NCBI GenBank assembly: GCA_022843285.1
Contig: JALHNY010000002.1
Location: 21,124-85,123 of the forward strand
Direction: 5' to 3'
Length of the DNA: 64,000 nt
Source: Minisyncoccota bacterium
GTDB lineage: Bacteria > Patescibacteriota > Minisyncoccia > UBA6257 > 2-01-FULL-56-20
Translations under genes and position numbers: made by a program
Notes under the pieces: generated by a model
Told to the model about the DNA's origin: nothing
Databases searched by the model: none
Seen by the model: only the letters and a program-made list of their open reading frames with translations
Shown here: positions 55,984 to 64,000 of the stretch, in pieces
How positions within the stretch are numbered: the stretch's first letter is position 1
Layout: each line of letters starts with the position of its first letter

Positions 55984-56437
55984 CGCCCTCTCGATACTCC
56001 TCGTGACGCTCGTCGCCGTGCGCTTTCCCGGCGTCCCGCTCCTCGCGCTCCTGCCCGCGACGCTCGGCGCCGCGCTGGCGGCGGGCGCCCCAGCCGGACG
56101 CGGGACGTGGGCCGCGGGCGTCCTCGCTGCAGCCTGGCTGCTGCGCATGCCCGGTGGCGGCTACCTCGCCCTGGTGGTGCTCCTCGCGCCCGTGCTGGTG
56201 ACCCTGGTGCGCCGGTGGGGGACGCTGCACCCGGCCGTGGTGGCGATTTTCGCCGTGCCCCTCTCCGCGTACCTCTCCGGGGTAGCCGGCAGCGGGAGTG
56301 CCACGGTTCCGCTCCTCAACTTCCTCGACCTCTGTGCGGCTGTGGCTCTCGGTGCTACGCTCTCAGCAATAGCCTATGCGCCGACAGAAAGAGAACGACT
56401 GGGGCCTGGAGGACGCGCTGGACTTAGGGTTCGGTAG
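55973..56437 (+). CDS. mreD: rod shape-determining protein MreD-like membrane protein
   Basis: Polytopic membrane ORF between mreC and PBP2 (context-based). Confidence 0.45.
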   Translation: MFASALSILLVTLVAVRFPGVPLLALLPATLGAALAAGAPAGRGTWAAGVLAAAWLLRMPGGGYLALVVLLAPVLVTLVRRWGTLHPAVVAIFAVPLSAYLSGVAGSGSATVPLLNFLDLCAAVALGATLSAIAYAPTERERLGPGGRAGLRVR

Positions 56438-58244
56438 CGAGGTTCGCGAGCTCCCGCTCCACCAGGGATCCCTCACGCTCGTGGGGGTGGTCGCCGCGCT
56501 CGTGGTGACCACGATTGTCGGGCGCATGCTCTGGCTCGGCGTCGCGCAGGGCTCGTACTACCAGGACCTCGCGAGCATGAACGTGAACTACGCCGTCACG
56601 ACGGACGCCCCGCGCGGCGTCATCACGGATGTCCGCGGGGAGGTCATCGCGGACAACGCGCCCTCCTTCTCTCTCCAGCTCGACGTGCGCGCGTTCGTGA
56701 AGGAGAGCGAGGCGGAGCGCCGCGCGATCCTCGAGCTCGCGGAGCGCGAGGTGGGCGTGCCCACCGCAGAGTCGCAGCAGAAAATTGAGGCGCACCTCAA
56801 GGCGGGGCGCGGCGAGGCGCTCACGCTGTACGCCGGGCTCTCCGAGCCGCAGGTGGTTGCCATCCGCGCCGCGAAGCGCCCCGCCATCTTCGTGCGCGAG
56901 GGGTACCAGCGCAGCTACCCGTACGGCCCCGCCGCCGCGCACGTCATCGGGTACACCGGCCCTGTCTCTGCCGAGGACCTCGAGCGTGACTCGCGCCTCG
57001 TCCCGTCCGACGTCATCGGCCGGCAGGGCGTCGAGGCGCAGTACGACGAGGTGCTCCGCGGCAAGCTCGGCGTCACCGTGCAGGCGCGCGACGCGCGGGG
57101 TGCGCTCCTCGGCGACGAGCGCACGACCCCCGCGCTCGCCGGCGCTCCGCTGCAGCTCACGCTCGACGCGGAGCTGCAGGAGTACGCGTACGAGCGCCTG
57201 AAGTCGCAGCTGGATACCCTGGGTCGCTCGCGCGGCGCGGTGGTCATCGTGGACCCCCGGAGCGGAGCGGTGCGCGCGCTCGTGTCGCTCCCGAGCTACG
57301 ACCCGACCGCCTTCACGCAGTCCGGGCGCAGCGACGAGCGCGTCGGCTACCTGACTAACCCGGATCGCCCGCTGTACGACCGCGTGGTTTCCGGCGCGTA
57401 CACGCCCGGCTCGACGATCAAGCCGCTACACGGCATCGCCGCGCTTTCCGAGGGGGTCGTCTCCCCGGACTGGACGATCTTCTCTCCCGGCTACCTCGAC
57501 ATCCCGAACCCCTGGAACCCGGACAAGCCGACCCGCTACGTGGACTGGCGCTTCCAGGGAACGATCAACGTCAGGAGCGCCATCGCGCAGTCCTCGAATG
57601 TGTACTTCTACGCCGTCGGCGGCGGCACGGGTGGGCTCAAGGGCCTCGGCATCACGAGGCTCCGCGACTGGTGGCAGAAGTTCCTTCTCGGGGAGAAGAC
57701 CGGCATCGACCTCCCCAGCGAGGGCGTCGGCTTCTTGCCGAGCCCCGAGTGGAAGGAGGAGCAGACGGGTACCCCGTGGCTCCTCGGCGACACGTACAAC
57801 GTGTCAATCGGCCAGGGCGACCTGACCACCACGCCGATCCAGCTCGTGACGTACATTGCGGCCGTCGCAAACGGCGGAAAGGTGTACCGCCCCTTCGTGA
57901 ACGCGAGCAAGGTCCCCGAGCTCCGCGCGGACCTCTCGGGCAACGCGGACGCGTTCAGGCAGGCGCAGATGGGCATGCGGCAGACGGTGACGGCGGACCT
58001 CGGCACGGCGCACACCATGGATGCGCTCCCGTTCGACGTCGCGGGCAAGACGGGCAGCGCGCAGATTCACAACAACGCGAAGGAGAACGCGTTCTTCGTG
58101 GGGTACGCGCCGTACGAGAACCCGGAGATTGCCATCGCCGTCCTCGTGGAAGAGGCGAAGCAGGGGAGCATGAACGCGGTGCCGGTTGCCCAGGACATCT
58201 TCAAGTTCTGGCATGAGAAGCAGGCCGAGGAATCTTCCGAGTAG
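56376..58244 (+). CDS. mrdA: penicillin-binding protein 2 (elongasome transpeptidase)
   Basis: N-terminal TM, PBP dimerisation domain, transpeptidase motifs (STIK, SxN region, KTGS). Confidence 0.85.
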   Translation: MRRQKENDWGLEDALDLGFGSEVRELPLHQGSLTLVGVVAALVVTTIVGRMLWLGVAQGSYYQDLASMNVNYAVTTDAPRGVITDVRGEVIADNAPSFSLQLDVRAFVKESEAERRAILELAEREVGVPTAESQQKIEAHLKAGRGEALTLYAGLSEPQVVAIRAAKRPAIFVREGYQRSYPYGPAAAHVIGYTGPVSAEDLERDSRLVPSDVIGRQGVEAQYDEVLRGKLGVTVQARDARGALLGDERTTPALAGAPLQLTLDAELQEYAYERLKSQLDTLGRSRGAVVIVDPRSGAVRALVSLPSYDPTAFTQSGRSDERVGYLTNPDRPLYDRVVSGAYTPGSTIKPLHGIAALSEGVVSPDWTIFSPGYLDIPNPWNPDKPTRYVDWRFQGTINVRSAIAQSSNVYFYAVGGGTGGLKGLGITRLRDWWQKFLLGEKTGIDLPSEGVGFLPSPEWKEEQTGTPWLLGDTYNVSIGQGDLTTTPIQLVTYIAAVANGGKVYRPFVNASKVPELRADLSGNADAFRQAQMGMRQTVTADLGTAHTMDALPFDVAGKTGSAQIHNNAKENAFFVGYAPYENPEIAIAVLVEEAKQGSMNAVPVAQDIFKFWHEKQAEESSE

Positions 58245-58250
58245 CGTAAA

Positions 58251-58275
58251 GGCCCGGGGTTACCGGGCCTTCGCC
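58251..58275. terminator. bidirectional terminator hairpin ggcccgg ggtta ccgggcc followed by ttcgcc
   Basis: Lies after the mrdA stop and after the convergent small ORF. Confidence 0.55.
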
Positions 58276-58416
58276 TCACTCCTCAGCGTCATCCGCTGAG
58301 CCCTTGCCATGCACGGCATCCGCAAACTTGTGACCCAAGTTCGGATCCATGAACGTCACGCACGCGAGCAGGAGCGTGGTCAGCAAGAACCACGCGATGC
58401 TCCACACTTTGCCCAT
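58276..58416 (-). CDS. candidate 46-aa membrane micropeptide (MGKVWSIAWFLLTTLLLACVTFMDPNLGHKFADAVHGKGSADDAEE)
   Basis: ggaga SD 8 nt upstream; single TM; not in the ORF track (<60 aa). Confidence 0.35.
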   Translation of the reverse strand: MGKVWSIAWFLLTTLLLACVTFMDPNLGHKFADAVHGKGSADDAEE

Positions 58417-58543
58417 TTCTGTGATCTCCGTTTTGAAGAGTGCAGCCAGGGCTGCCTGCTAGAAGCTCACCACGCTGCCCCGGGAGGTGTCAAAGCAGAT
58501 GTTGCGTCTGGTCGGCCCGTCCGCTAGTATCCGTCTCCGTATG

Positions 58544-58849
58544 GACAACTTCGCAATCATCGCCTCGGGCGGCAAGCAGTACCCGGTGACCGTGGGCCAG
58601 AAGCTCAAGGTTGAGAAGCTCGCCGGTGAGGCTGGCGACACCGTCACCTTCGACCAGGTCCTCCTGCAGGGCGGGGCTTCGACCAAGGTCGGCACCCCGC
58701 TCGTCGCGGGCGCCAAGGTGACCGCGACCATTCTCCGCCAGGCGCGTGCCAAGAAGGTCCACGTCTACAAGTACCATTCCAAAAACCGGTACGATAAGAC
58801 GAAGGGTCACCGCCAGCACTTCACCGAGGTGAAGATCGAGAGCCTCTAG
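58544..58849 (+). CDS. rplU: 50S ribosomal protein L21
   Basis: MDNFAIIASGGKQYPVTVGQKLKVEKL... Confidence 0.9.
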   Translation, partial: DNFAIIASGGKQYPVTVGQKLKVEKLAGEAGDTVTFDQVLLQGGASTKVGTPLVAGAKVTATILRQARAKKVHVYKYHSKNRYDKTKGHRQHFTEVKIESL

Positions 58850-58887
58850 CTCTCACGCACAAAGAGCCGCGAGCGGCTCTTTTTCGC

Positions 58888-59166
58888 TCAATCGGCTTCC
58901 TGTCCAACCTCGAGCGGCTCCTCGCTCCCGTCTGTCACGATGCGGAACGTTGCCGATTCGGGGTTGAGTTCATCGTAGAAGAACCCCAGGCCGTGCTCGT
59001 CGAAGTAGGCGAAGAACTCTTCCCAGGAGACGACCTCGATTCCCTCGCTCTGCGTGAACGCGATTGTCAGCGCGTCCTCGGGGAACTCCGCGTCGCGGCG
59101 CCGCGCGGGCTTGCCGCCCCGCTCCTCGACCCACCGCTCTACGGTCTCGTGGTTCGTGGTAACCAT
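58888..59166 (-). CDS. hypothetical conserved small protein
   Basis: 92 aa, acidic. Confidence 0.45.
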   Translation of the reverse strand: MVTTNHETVERWVEERGGKPARRRDAEFPEDALTIAFTQSEGIEVVSWEEFFAYFDEHGLGFFYDELNPESATFRIVTDGSEEPLEVGQEAD

Positions 59167-59210
59167 GGGTTTACGTTGAGTGGTACGCCCCAGTGCCGCC
59201 GTTTCTTTCG

Positions 59211-60677
59211 CTACCGCGCGTCGTAGGCGGCCGCACCCTCGGGAACCAGGTTCGGGTCGGTCACGTAGAAAATCCTCTCGCGCTGCTGTGCTCCCGGCGT
59301 GCCCGTCCCCGTCATGAACATGACCGTCTGCGCGGACGTCGGGATGCCGCCAACCAGCACGTCCGTCTCGCGGACGATCACGTACGCGTCACGGCCGCGG
59401 TCCCGCTCGCGGAGCGCCCGCCCCACCTCCACGTGGTGGGAGGTGAACTCGTCTCGCGTCTCGTACCTCGTCGCGTACGCCGGGTACCGCGCCGCCGTGT
59501 GCCACGTCGCGTACACGACGACGCACGCCGCGAGCGCTGCTCCCGCTACGCTCCAGCCCCGCTCCTCGATGCGGTACCAGGTGCGCAGCAACCCGAACGC
59601 GGTTGCGAGTACCACCGGAATCACGAGCAGGATGCCGCGCAGCGCGTGCGGCATGCCCTCGGCGCTGAGTGCGGCGGGCAGGAGCGCTGCCACGAAGAGC
59701 GCCAAGACCGCTGCATCCCCGAGCTCCCGCCCGCGCGTCCTCCACGTGCGGCTGGTTACGCTCCAGGCTCCGTACGCAAAGAAGGGCACGAGCAGGAGGG
59801 GGAGCGCCGCGGCGGGCGGGTAGTTGTGGCGCCAGTTGCCGTCTCCCCTCCAGACCAGCATGCCGACCTCGAGCGCGACGTTCTTTGCGAGGGTCAGCCC
59901 CGGCTGCTCTCCCGAGAGAATGGAGACGTCGCTCGCGCGCCCGGAGAAGGAGCCGGGGTGCGCCCCGAAGTACCAGAGCATGGGGGACGCCACGGCGAGC
60001 GCCGCGGCTGCTGCCAGCACCAGCGTCCGGAACAGCCTGGCCCCCTCACCTTTCGTCCGCGCGCTCCAGATTGCGACTGCGCCGGTTACGAGCAGTGGAA
60101 CGGCCATGGCCCGGAACCCGATGTACGTGTGCAGCCCCAGTCCGGCGAGGGCGCCGCCCGCGATGACGAGCGCGCGCCCGAACCTCCCGCCGTTGCGGAT
60201 CTTGCGGAGCCCCTCGAGCAGCAGCCCGAACGCCCACACGGCGACCAGCACGGCGAGAATGGCCCGGAACCCGACGCGGGAGAAGTGCACGTGCCAGAAG
60301 CTGCCCGCGAGGAGCGCGGCTGCGAGGAGACCCGCCCTGCGGTTCCAGACAGCACTGCCGAGCACGTACATGCCCGGGATTGCCAGCGTGCCGGCAATGG
60401 CGCTCACGACGCGCAGCACCCAGGGTTCGCGCTCGCCGGTGACCCCCAGCGCGATCGCCTGCAGGTTGATGAAGAGCCCCTCGCGCCCGTTGTTGGCAGG
60501 GTAGAACCACTGCCAGTCTCCGGTCTCGAGCGCGTGGAGCGCGTCGTTGCCGTTCGCCGCCTCGTCCGTGTACAGGCCGGGCGGCGCCTCGCCGATTGCC
60601 GTGAAGCGCAGCGCGGCAGCTGCCACGATGACCGCCAGCAGGAGCCACGTTCTCAAGCTCATGCACCAAGTGTACAC
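59211..60677 (-). CDS. GT39/GT83 (ArnT/PMT-like) membrane glycosyltransferase
   Basis: N-terminal ...EAPPGLYTDEAANGNDALHALETGDWQWFYPANNGREGLFINLQ and 11-13 TM helices. Confidence 0.75.
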   Translation of the reverse strand: MYTWCMSLRTWLLLAVIVAAAALRFTAIGEAPPGLYTDEAANGNDALHALETGDWQWFYPANNGREGLFINLQAIALGVTGEREPWVLRVVSAIAGTLAIPGMYVLGSAVWNRRAGLLAAALLAGSFWHVHFSRVGFRAILAVLVAVWAFGLLLEGLRKIRNGGRFGRALVIAGGALAGLGLHTYIGFRAMAVPLLVTGAVAIWSARTKGEGARLFRTLVLAAAAALAVASPMLWYFGAHPGSFSGRASDVSILSGEQPGLTLAKNVALEVGMLVWRGDGNWRHNYPPAAALPLLLVPFFAYGAWSVTSRTWRTRGRELGDAAVLALFVAALLPAALSAEGMPHALRGILLVIPVVLATAFGLLRTWYRIEERGWSVAGAALAACVVVYATWHTAARYPAYATRYETRDEFTSHHVEVGRALRERDRGRDAYVIVRETDVLVGGIPTSAQTVMFMTGTGTPGAQQRERIFYVTDPNLVPEGAAAYDAR

Positions 60678-60684
60678 TTAGAGC

Positions 60685-61059
60685 ATGCAGACACCCGAGG
60701 CTGGCCCGGTTCGCGTGGTGAACCTCAGCGAGAGCGACGTGCAGCGCGTCAGCGCGGAGATTGACGCGCGCCCCGAGGGCCGCCCCGAGCAGGTGTCTCC
60801 CGAAGTGGTGCGCGAGGCCCTCGTCGCCGTGCTACCCAAGCCGGCACCGTCCCAGCCGGCTCCCGCCGCTCCCAGCGTGGCGCCGGCTGCCTCTGCCGTG
60901 CAGGCGCGCGTGGACGAGCTGCTCCAGATGGCCGTGTCGCAGGGCATCGACGCGGCGCACGCGGCAGCCTCAGCTGACGAGCCGTACGTGCTCGACGAGC
61001 TGCACGACGCGCTGACCGGGTCACTGTACGAGGAGCTCCGGAAGCGCGGGCAGATCTGA
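60685..61059 (+). CDS. hypothetical protein
   Basis: 124 aa, Pro/Ala-rich middle. Confidence 0.4.
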   Translation: MQTPEAGPVRVVNLSESDVQRVSAEIDARPEGRPEQVSPEVVREALVAVLPKPAPSQPAPAAPSVAPAASAVQARVDELLQMAVSQGIDAAHAAASADEPYVLDELHDALTGSLYEELRKRGQI

Positions 61060-63425
61060 TGGTGTCCATTCTGCCGTACGTGGCGATTGTCGCGGTCCTC
61101 GCGTTCGGCTGCGTGCTCGCGTGGTACGTCCGCAGGGTGCTCGCGCACCGGAACCTGGTCCGCTCGCTCGAGTACGAGCTGCTGCTCGTCCGCATGCCGC
61201 GCGAGGAGGGGAAGCAGGGCGATGACGTGAAGGCTCTCATCGCGCGCGCCGAGCAGCTGTACGCGTCGCTCCTGGCGCTCAAGAAGCCGATCGCGTACGA
61301 GGTCGCCGTGCCGCACGTGGGCGAGGAGATGCACTTCTACGTTTCGGTGCCGCGCGACGTCTCCGAGTCCGTGATCCGGCAGGTCCAGGGCCTCTGGCCG
61401 TCCGCGTCCGTTACCCGTGAGCCGGGCGACTACAACATCTTCTCGCCGGGTGGCGCGGTCTCCGCTGCCTACGTCACGACGCGCGAGCAGCACGCCATGC
61501 CGATCCGCTCGTACCGCGAGCTCGAGGGTGATACGACCGCCGCAATCCTCGGCGGCTTCGCGACGCTCTCCGGCATCGGGCAGGGAGCCGCGCTCCAGGT
61601 CATCGCGTACCCCGCGTCCGGTGACGACCGCAAGCGCCTCTCGAAGCTGCTCACCGGCTTGCGCTCGGGCAAGACGCTCAAGGAGCTCGGCGTGACCATG
61701 CTGCCGGGCCTCGGGGACGTGAAGGACGCGCTCTCGGGCAAGGCTACGACCGATGCCCAGGGCCCGAAGACCGTGGACGAGGAGCTCGCCGCCGCGCTCG
61801 AGGGCAAGATCTCGAAGCCGCTCGTGTGGGCGAACGTGCGCATAGTGACGTCCGCGACCACGCAGCGCGACGCGGACCAAATTCTGGAGGGCATCGCCGC
61901 TGGCTTCGCCTCCTTCGCCGCGCCGCGCCGCAACGAGTTCCGCGTGATCAAGCCGCGCTCCGCGAAGAAGCTCGTCCACGACTTCACGTTCCGCGACTTC
62001 TCCATGGGCAGCGCGTCCCTCCTCAACGTCGAGGAGCTCGCGAGCCTGTACCACTTCCCGATTGCGGGCAGCGACATCGGCCGCGTGAAGTCCGTGACGT
62101 CGCGCGAGGCTGCGCCACCGGCTGGCCTCCCGACCGAGGGCCTGCTCCTGGGCGAGAGCGTGTACCGCGGCGCGCGCCTACCCGTGTACCTGAGCGACGA
62201 AGACCGGAGGCGCCACATGTACATCATCGGCCAGACCGGCACGGGTAAGTCGACGCTGCTCGGCAACCTGATTCTGAGCGACATCGAGCGCGGCGCCGGC
62301 GTGTGCGTCATCGACCCGCACGGCGAGCTCGTCGAGACGGCGCTCAAGCACGTGCCGCCGTCTCGCGTGGACGACGTCATCTACTTCGATCCGGGTGACC
62401 TCATGCTGCCGCTCGGCCTCAACATGCTCGAGTACAACCGGGCGAACCCCGAGGAGAAGACGTTCATCGTCAACGAGATCAAGGGCATCTTCAACAAGCT
62501 GTTTCCGCCCGAGACGATGGGCCCCATGTTCGACCAGTACATGTCCAACGCGCTCCTCCTGCTCATGGAAGACGCGGAGAACGAGCCGGCGACGCTCGTG
62601 GAGGTGCCCCGCCTCTTCACCGATGCGGACTGGCGGAACCGCAAGCTCGACCGCGTGAGCAACCCGGTGGTCGTGGACTTCTGGCGCGAGGAGGCCGCGA
62701 AGGCTGGCGGCGATGCCGCGCTCGCGAACATGACGCCGTACATTACATCGAAGTTCTCGAACTTCGTCGCCAACGACTACGTGCGCCCGATCATCGGCCA
62801 GGTGAAGTCGAGCTTCAACTTCCGCGACGTCATGGACAGCGGCAAGATCCTGCTCGTGAACCTCTCCAAGGGCAAGGTGGGGGACATCAACGCGAACCTC
62901 CTCGGCATGATCGTGGTGGGCAAGATCCTCATGGCTGCCTTCCAGCGCGCCGGCACCGATGCCGCGACGCGCCGCGACTTCCACGTGTACATCGACGAGT
63001 TCCAGAACTTCACCACGGACTCCATTTCCACAATTTTCTCCGAAGCGAGAAAGTACCGCCTGACCATGACGGTGGCGCACCAGTTCATCGCGCAGCTGAC
63101 CGACAAGGTGCGAGACTCAATCTTCGGCAACGTGGGCAACCAGCTCGTGATGCGCGTGGGCACCACCGATGCAGACTTCCTGGTGAAGCAGTTCGAGCCG
63201 ACGTTCACCGCAGCTGACCTCGCGAACATCGACAACCTGAACGCCTACGCGAAGATCATGCTGAACGGCCAGGTGTCCACGCCGTTCAACATCGAGGTGG
63301 GCAGGCAGTCCTGGGCCAAGGGTGATCCCGAGTACACGGCGAAGCTCAAGGAGTACGCCCGCGTGAAGTACGGGAGCCCCCGCCACCAGGTGGAAGGGGA
63401 TATTACCCGGAGGCTGAGGAGCTAG
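61059..63425 (+). CDS. VirD4/TraG/TraD-like type IV secretion coupling-protein family P-loop ATPase (membrane-anchored)
   Basis: N-terminal TM; Walker A IIGQTGTGKSTLLGNLI; Walker B HVYIDEFQNF; C-terminal VAHQFIAQL (the AxQ-type motif of coupling proteins). Confidence 0.6.
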   Translation: MVSILPYVAIVAVLAFGCVLAWYVRRVLAHRNLVRSLEYELLLVRMPREEGKQGDDVKALIARAEQLYASLLALKKPIAYEVAVPHVGEEMHFYVSVPRDVSESVIRQVQGLWPSASVTREPGDYNIFSPGGAVSAAYVTTREQHAMPIRSYRELEGDTTAAILGGFATLSGIGQGAALQVIAYPASGDDRKRLSKLLTGLRSGKTLKELGVTMLPGLGDVKDALSGKATTDAQGPKTVDEELAAALEGKISKPLVWANVRIVTSATTQRDADQILEGIAAGFASFAAPRRNEFRVIKPRSAKKLVHDFTFRDFSMGSASLLNVEELASLYHFPIAGSDIGRVKSVTSREAAPPAGLPTEGLLLGESVYRGARLPVYLSDEDRRRHMYIIGQTGTGKSTLLGNLILSDIERGAGVCVIDPHGELVETALKHVPPSRVDDVIYFDPGDLMLPLGLNMLEYNRANPEEKTFIVNEIKGIFNKLFPPETMGPMFDQYMSNALLLLMEDAENEPATLVEVPRLFTDADWRNRKLDRVSNPVVVDFWREEAAKAGGDAALANMTPYITSKFSNFVANDYVRPIIGQVKSSFNFRDVMDSGKILLVNLSKGKVGDINANLLGMIVVGKILMAAFQRAGTDAATRRDFHVYIDEFQNFTTDSISTIFSEARKYRLTMTVAHQFIAQLTDKVRDSIFGNVGNQLVMRVGTTDADFLVKQFEPTFTAADLANIDNLNAYAKIMLNGQVSTPFNIEVGRQSWAKGDPEYTAKLKEYARVKYGSPRHQVEGDITRRLRS

Positions 63426-63493
63426 TTTAGGAAGATTTTATCTCTGTCAGGTATTCTGGTACTGGCCTATTTATTTTGAAAAGGAGAAAACGG

Positions 63494-64000
63494 ATGAAAA
63501 CGGAAATTGTCATTAATGATGGCAGTGATATGCGAGAAATCATGGATCTTCTCAGTAACACTGCACTCCATCGGTTCAACACTAATGCTCCTCCGCTGCT
63601 AGATCAGTTTTGCGTCGCGCGCGAAGGTGATGAGATGGTCGGTTGCTGCGGCAGCTCCCTAGCGCAGAATGGACCCCTGTACTTGGAACAGATTTACCGC
63701 ATCTTCGATGACGCGTTCCTGCCCCTACTTTCGCAGCGAGAACGTCTGTGCGAAATTGGTCGCTGGATGTCTGTAGTGCCTGATGCTGCTCCCCTGGCGC
63801 TCAGGGGAATGATTGCTCATTTAGAAAACCAGGGAGTCAATTTTGCACTTTGCGAGATGGTTCAACCTTCGTACCGCAGAGCGCGAGCTTTGGGGATCCA
63901 CTTTCATGAAGTTGCGACAGAATTAATTCTTGAAAACGTTGATCCAACAGGGCGACGTTATTACCACGAAAAACAGCCACAACTTTACTGGTTTGATTTC
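63494..64000 (+). CDS. hypothetical protein, 3'-truncated at the window end, in a low-GC (about 45%) segment
   Basis: aaaggaga SD; MKTEIVINDGSDMREIMDLLSNT...; composition shift begins at about 63426. Confidence 0.5.
   Translation, partial: MKTEIVINDGSDMREIMDLLSNTALHRFNTNAPPLLDQFCVAREGDEMVGCCGSSLAQNGPLYLEQIYRIFDDAFLPLLSQRERLCEIGRWMSVVPDAAPLALRGMIAHLENQGVNFALCEMVQPSYRRARALGIHFHEVATELILENVDPTGRRYYHEKQPQLYWFDF

Noticed and set aside
60678-62054. 458-aa minus-strand ORF; also 62178..63080 minus
   Set aside because: Antisense of the coupling-ATPase gene, which carries clear Walker motifs

Overview
High-GC (about 65-70%) bacterial chromosome segment. A lower-GC (about 50-58%) integrated mobile element of roughly 16 kb sits at a tRNA-Asn(GTT) gene.

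Host backbone, positions 1-15.2 kb and 31-64 kb: partial rmuC, a DUF360 holin-like membrane protein, a large Big_2-repeat surface protein, GNAT, an RsuA-family pseudouridine synthase, msrB, a class II CPD photolyase, DoxX, a PIG-L deacetylase, TspO, queA, a SET-domain protein with an AlkA-like glycosylase, a bPH_2 membrane protein, an S1 serine protease, a eukaryote-type arginine (phosphagen) kinase, a VanY-type carboxypeptidase, Fur, an HNH endonuclease, DUF1653, NT5C, typA/bipA, a GH18 enzyme, class II RNR nrdJ, tpiA, an archaeal/eukaryotic-type proS, mreBCD with PBP2, rplU, a GT39/ArnT-like glycosyltransferase and a VirD4/TraG-like P-loop ATPase.

The island, about 15.2-31 kb: a large serine recombinase whose 3' end overlaps the tRNA, a tyrosine integrase, small HTH regulators and several unknown cargo genes. 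It also carries a translationally coupled Type III restriction-modification operon (mod, a TPR protein, res, a DUF2726 protein and a HAD-like protein).

Most notable is a complete diversity-generating retroelement (DGR). A 197-aa target protein has a C-terminal variable region (VR 28803-28923). A template repeat (TR 29264-29384) differs from VR at 21 positions; 20 are TR adenines (TR N-codons read H/V/E/F/D/Y/G/L in VR) and one is a synonymous G-to-C change. An Avd-like four-helix-bundle gene lies on the opposite strand, and a reverse transcriptase with YADD and LGxxxSQ motifs follows.

No rRNA or CRISPR array was seen. Many long antisense ORFs in the six-frame track are GC-driven artefacts and were rejected.
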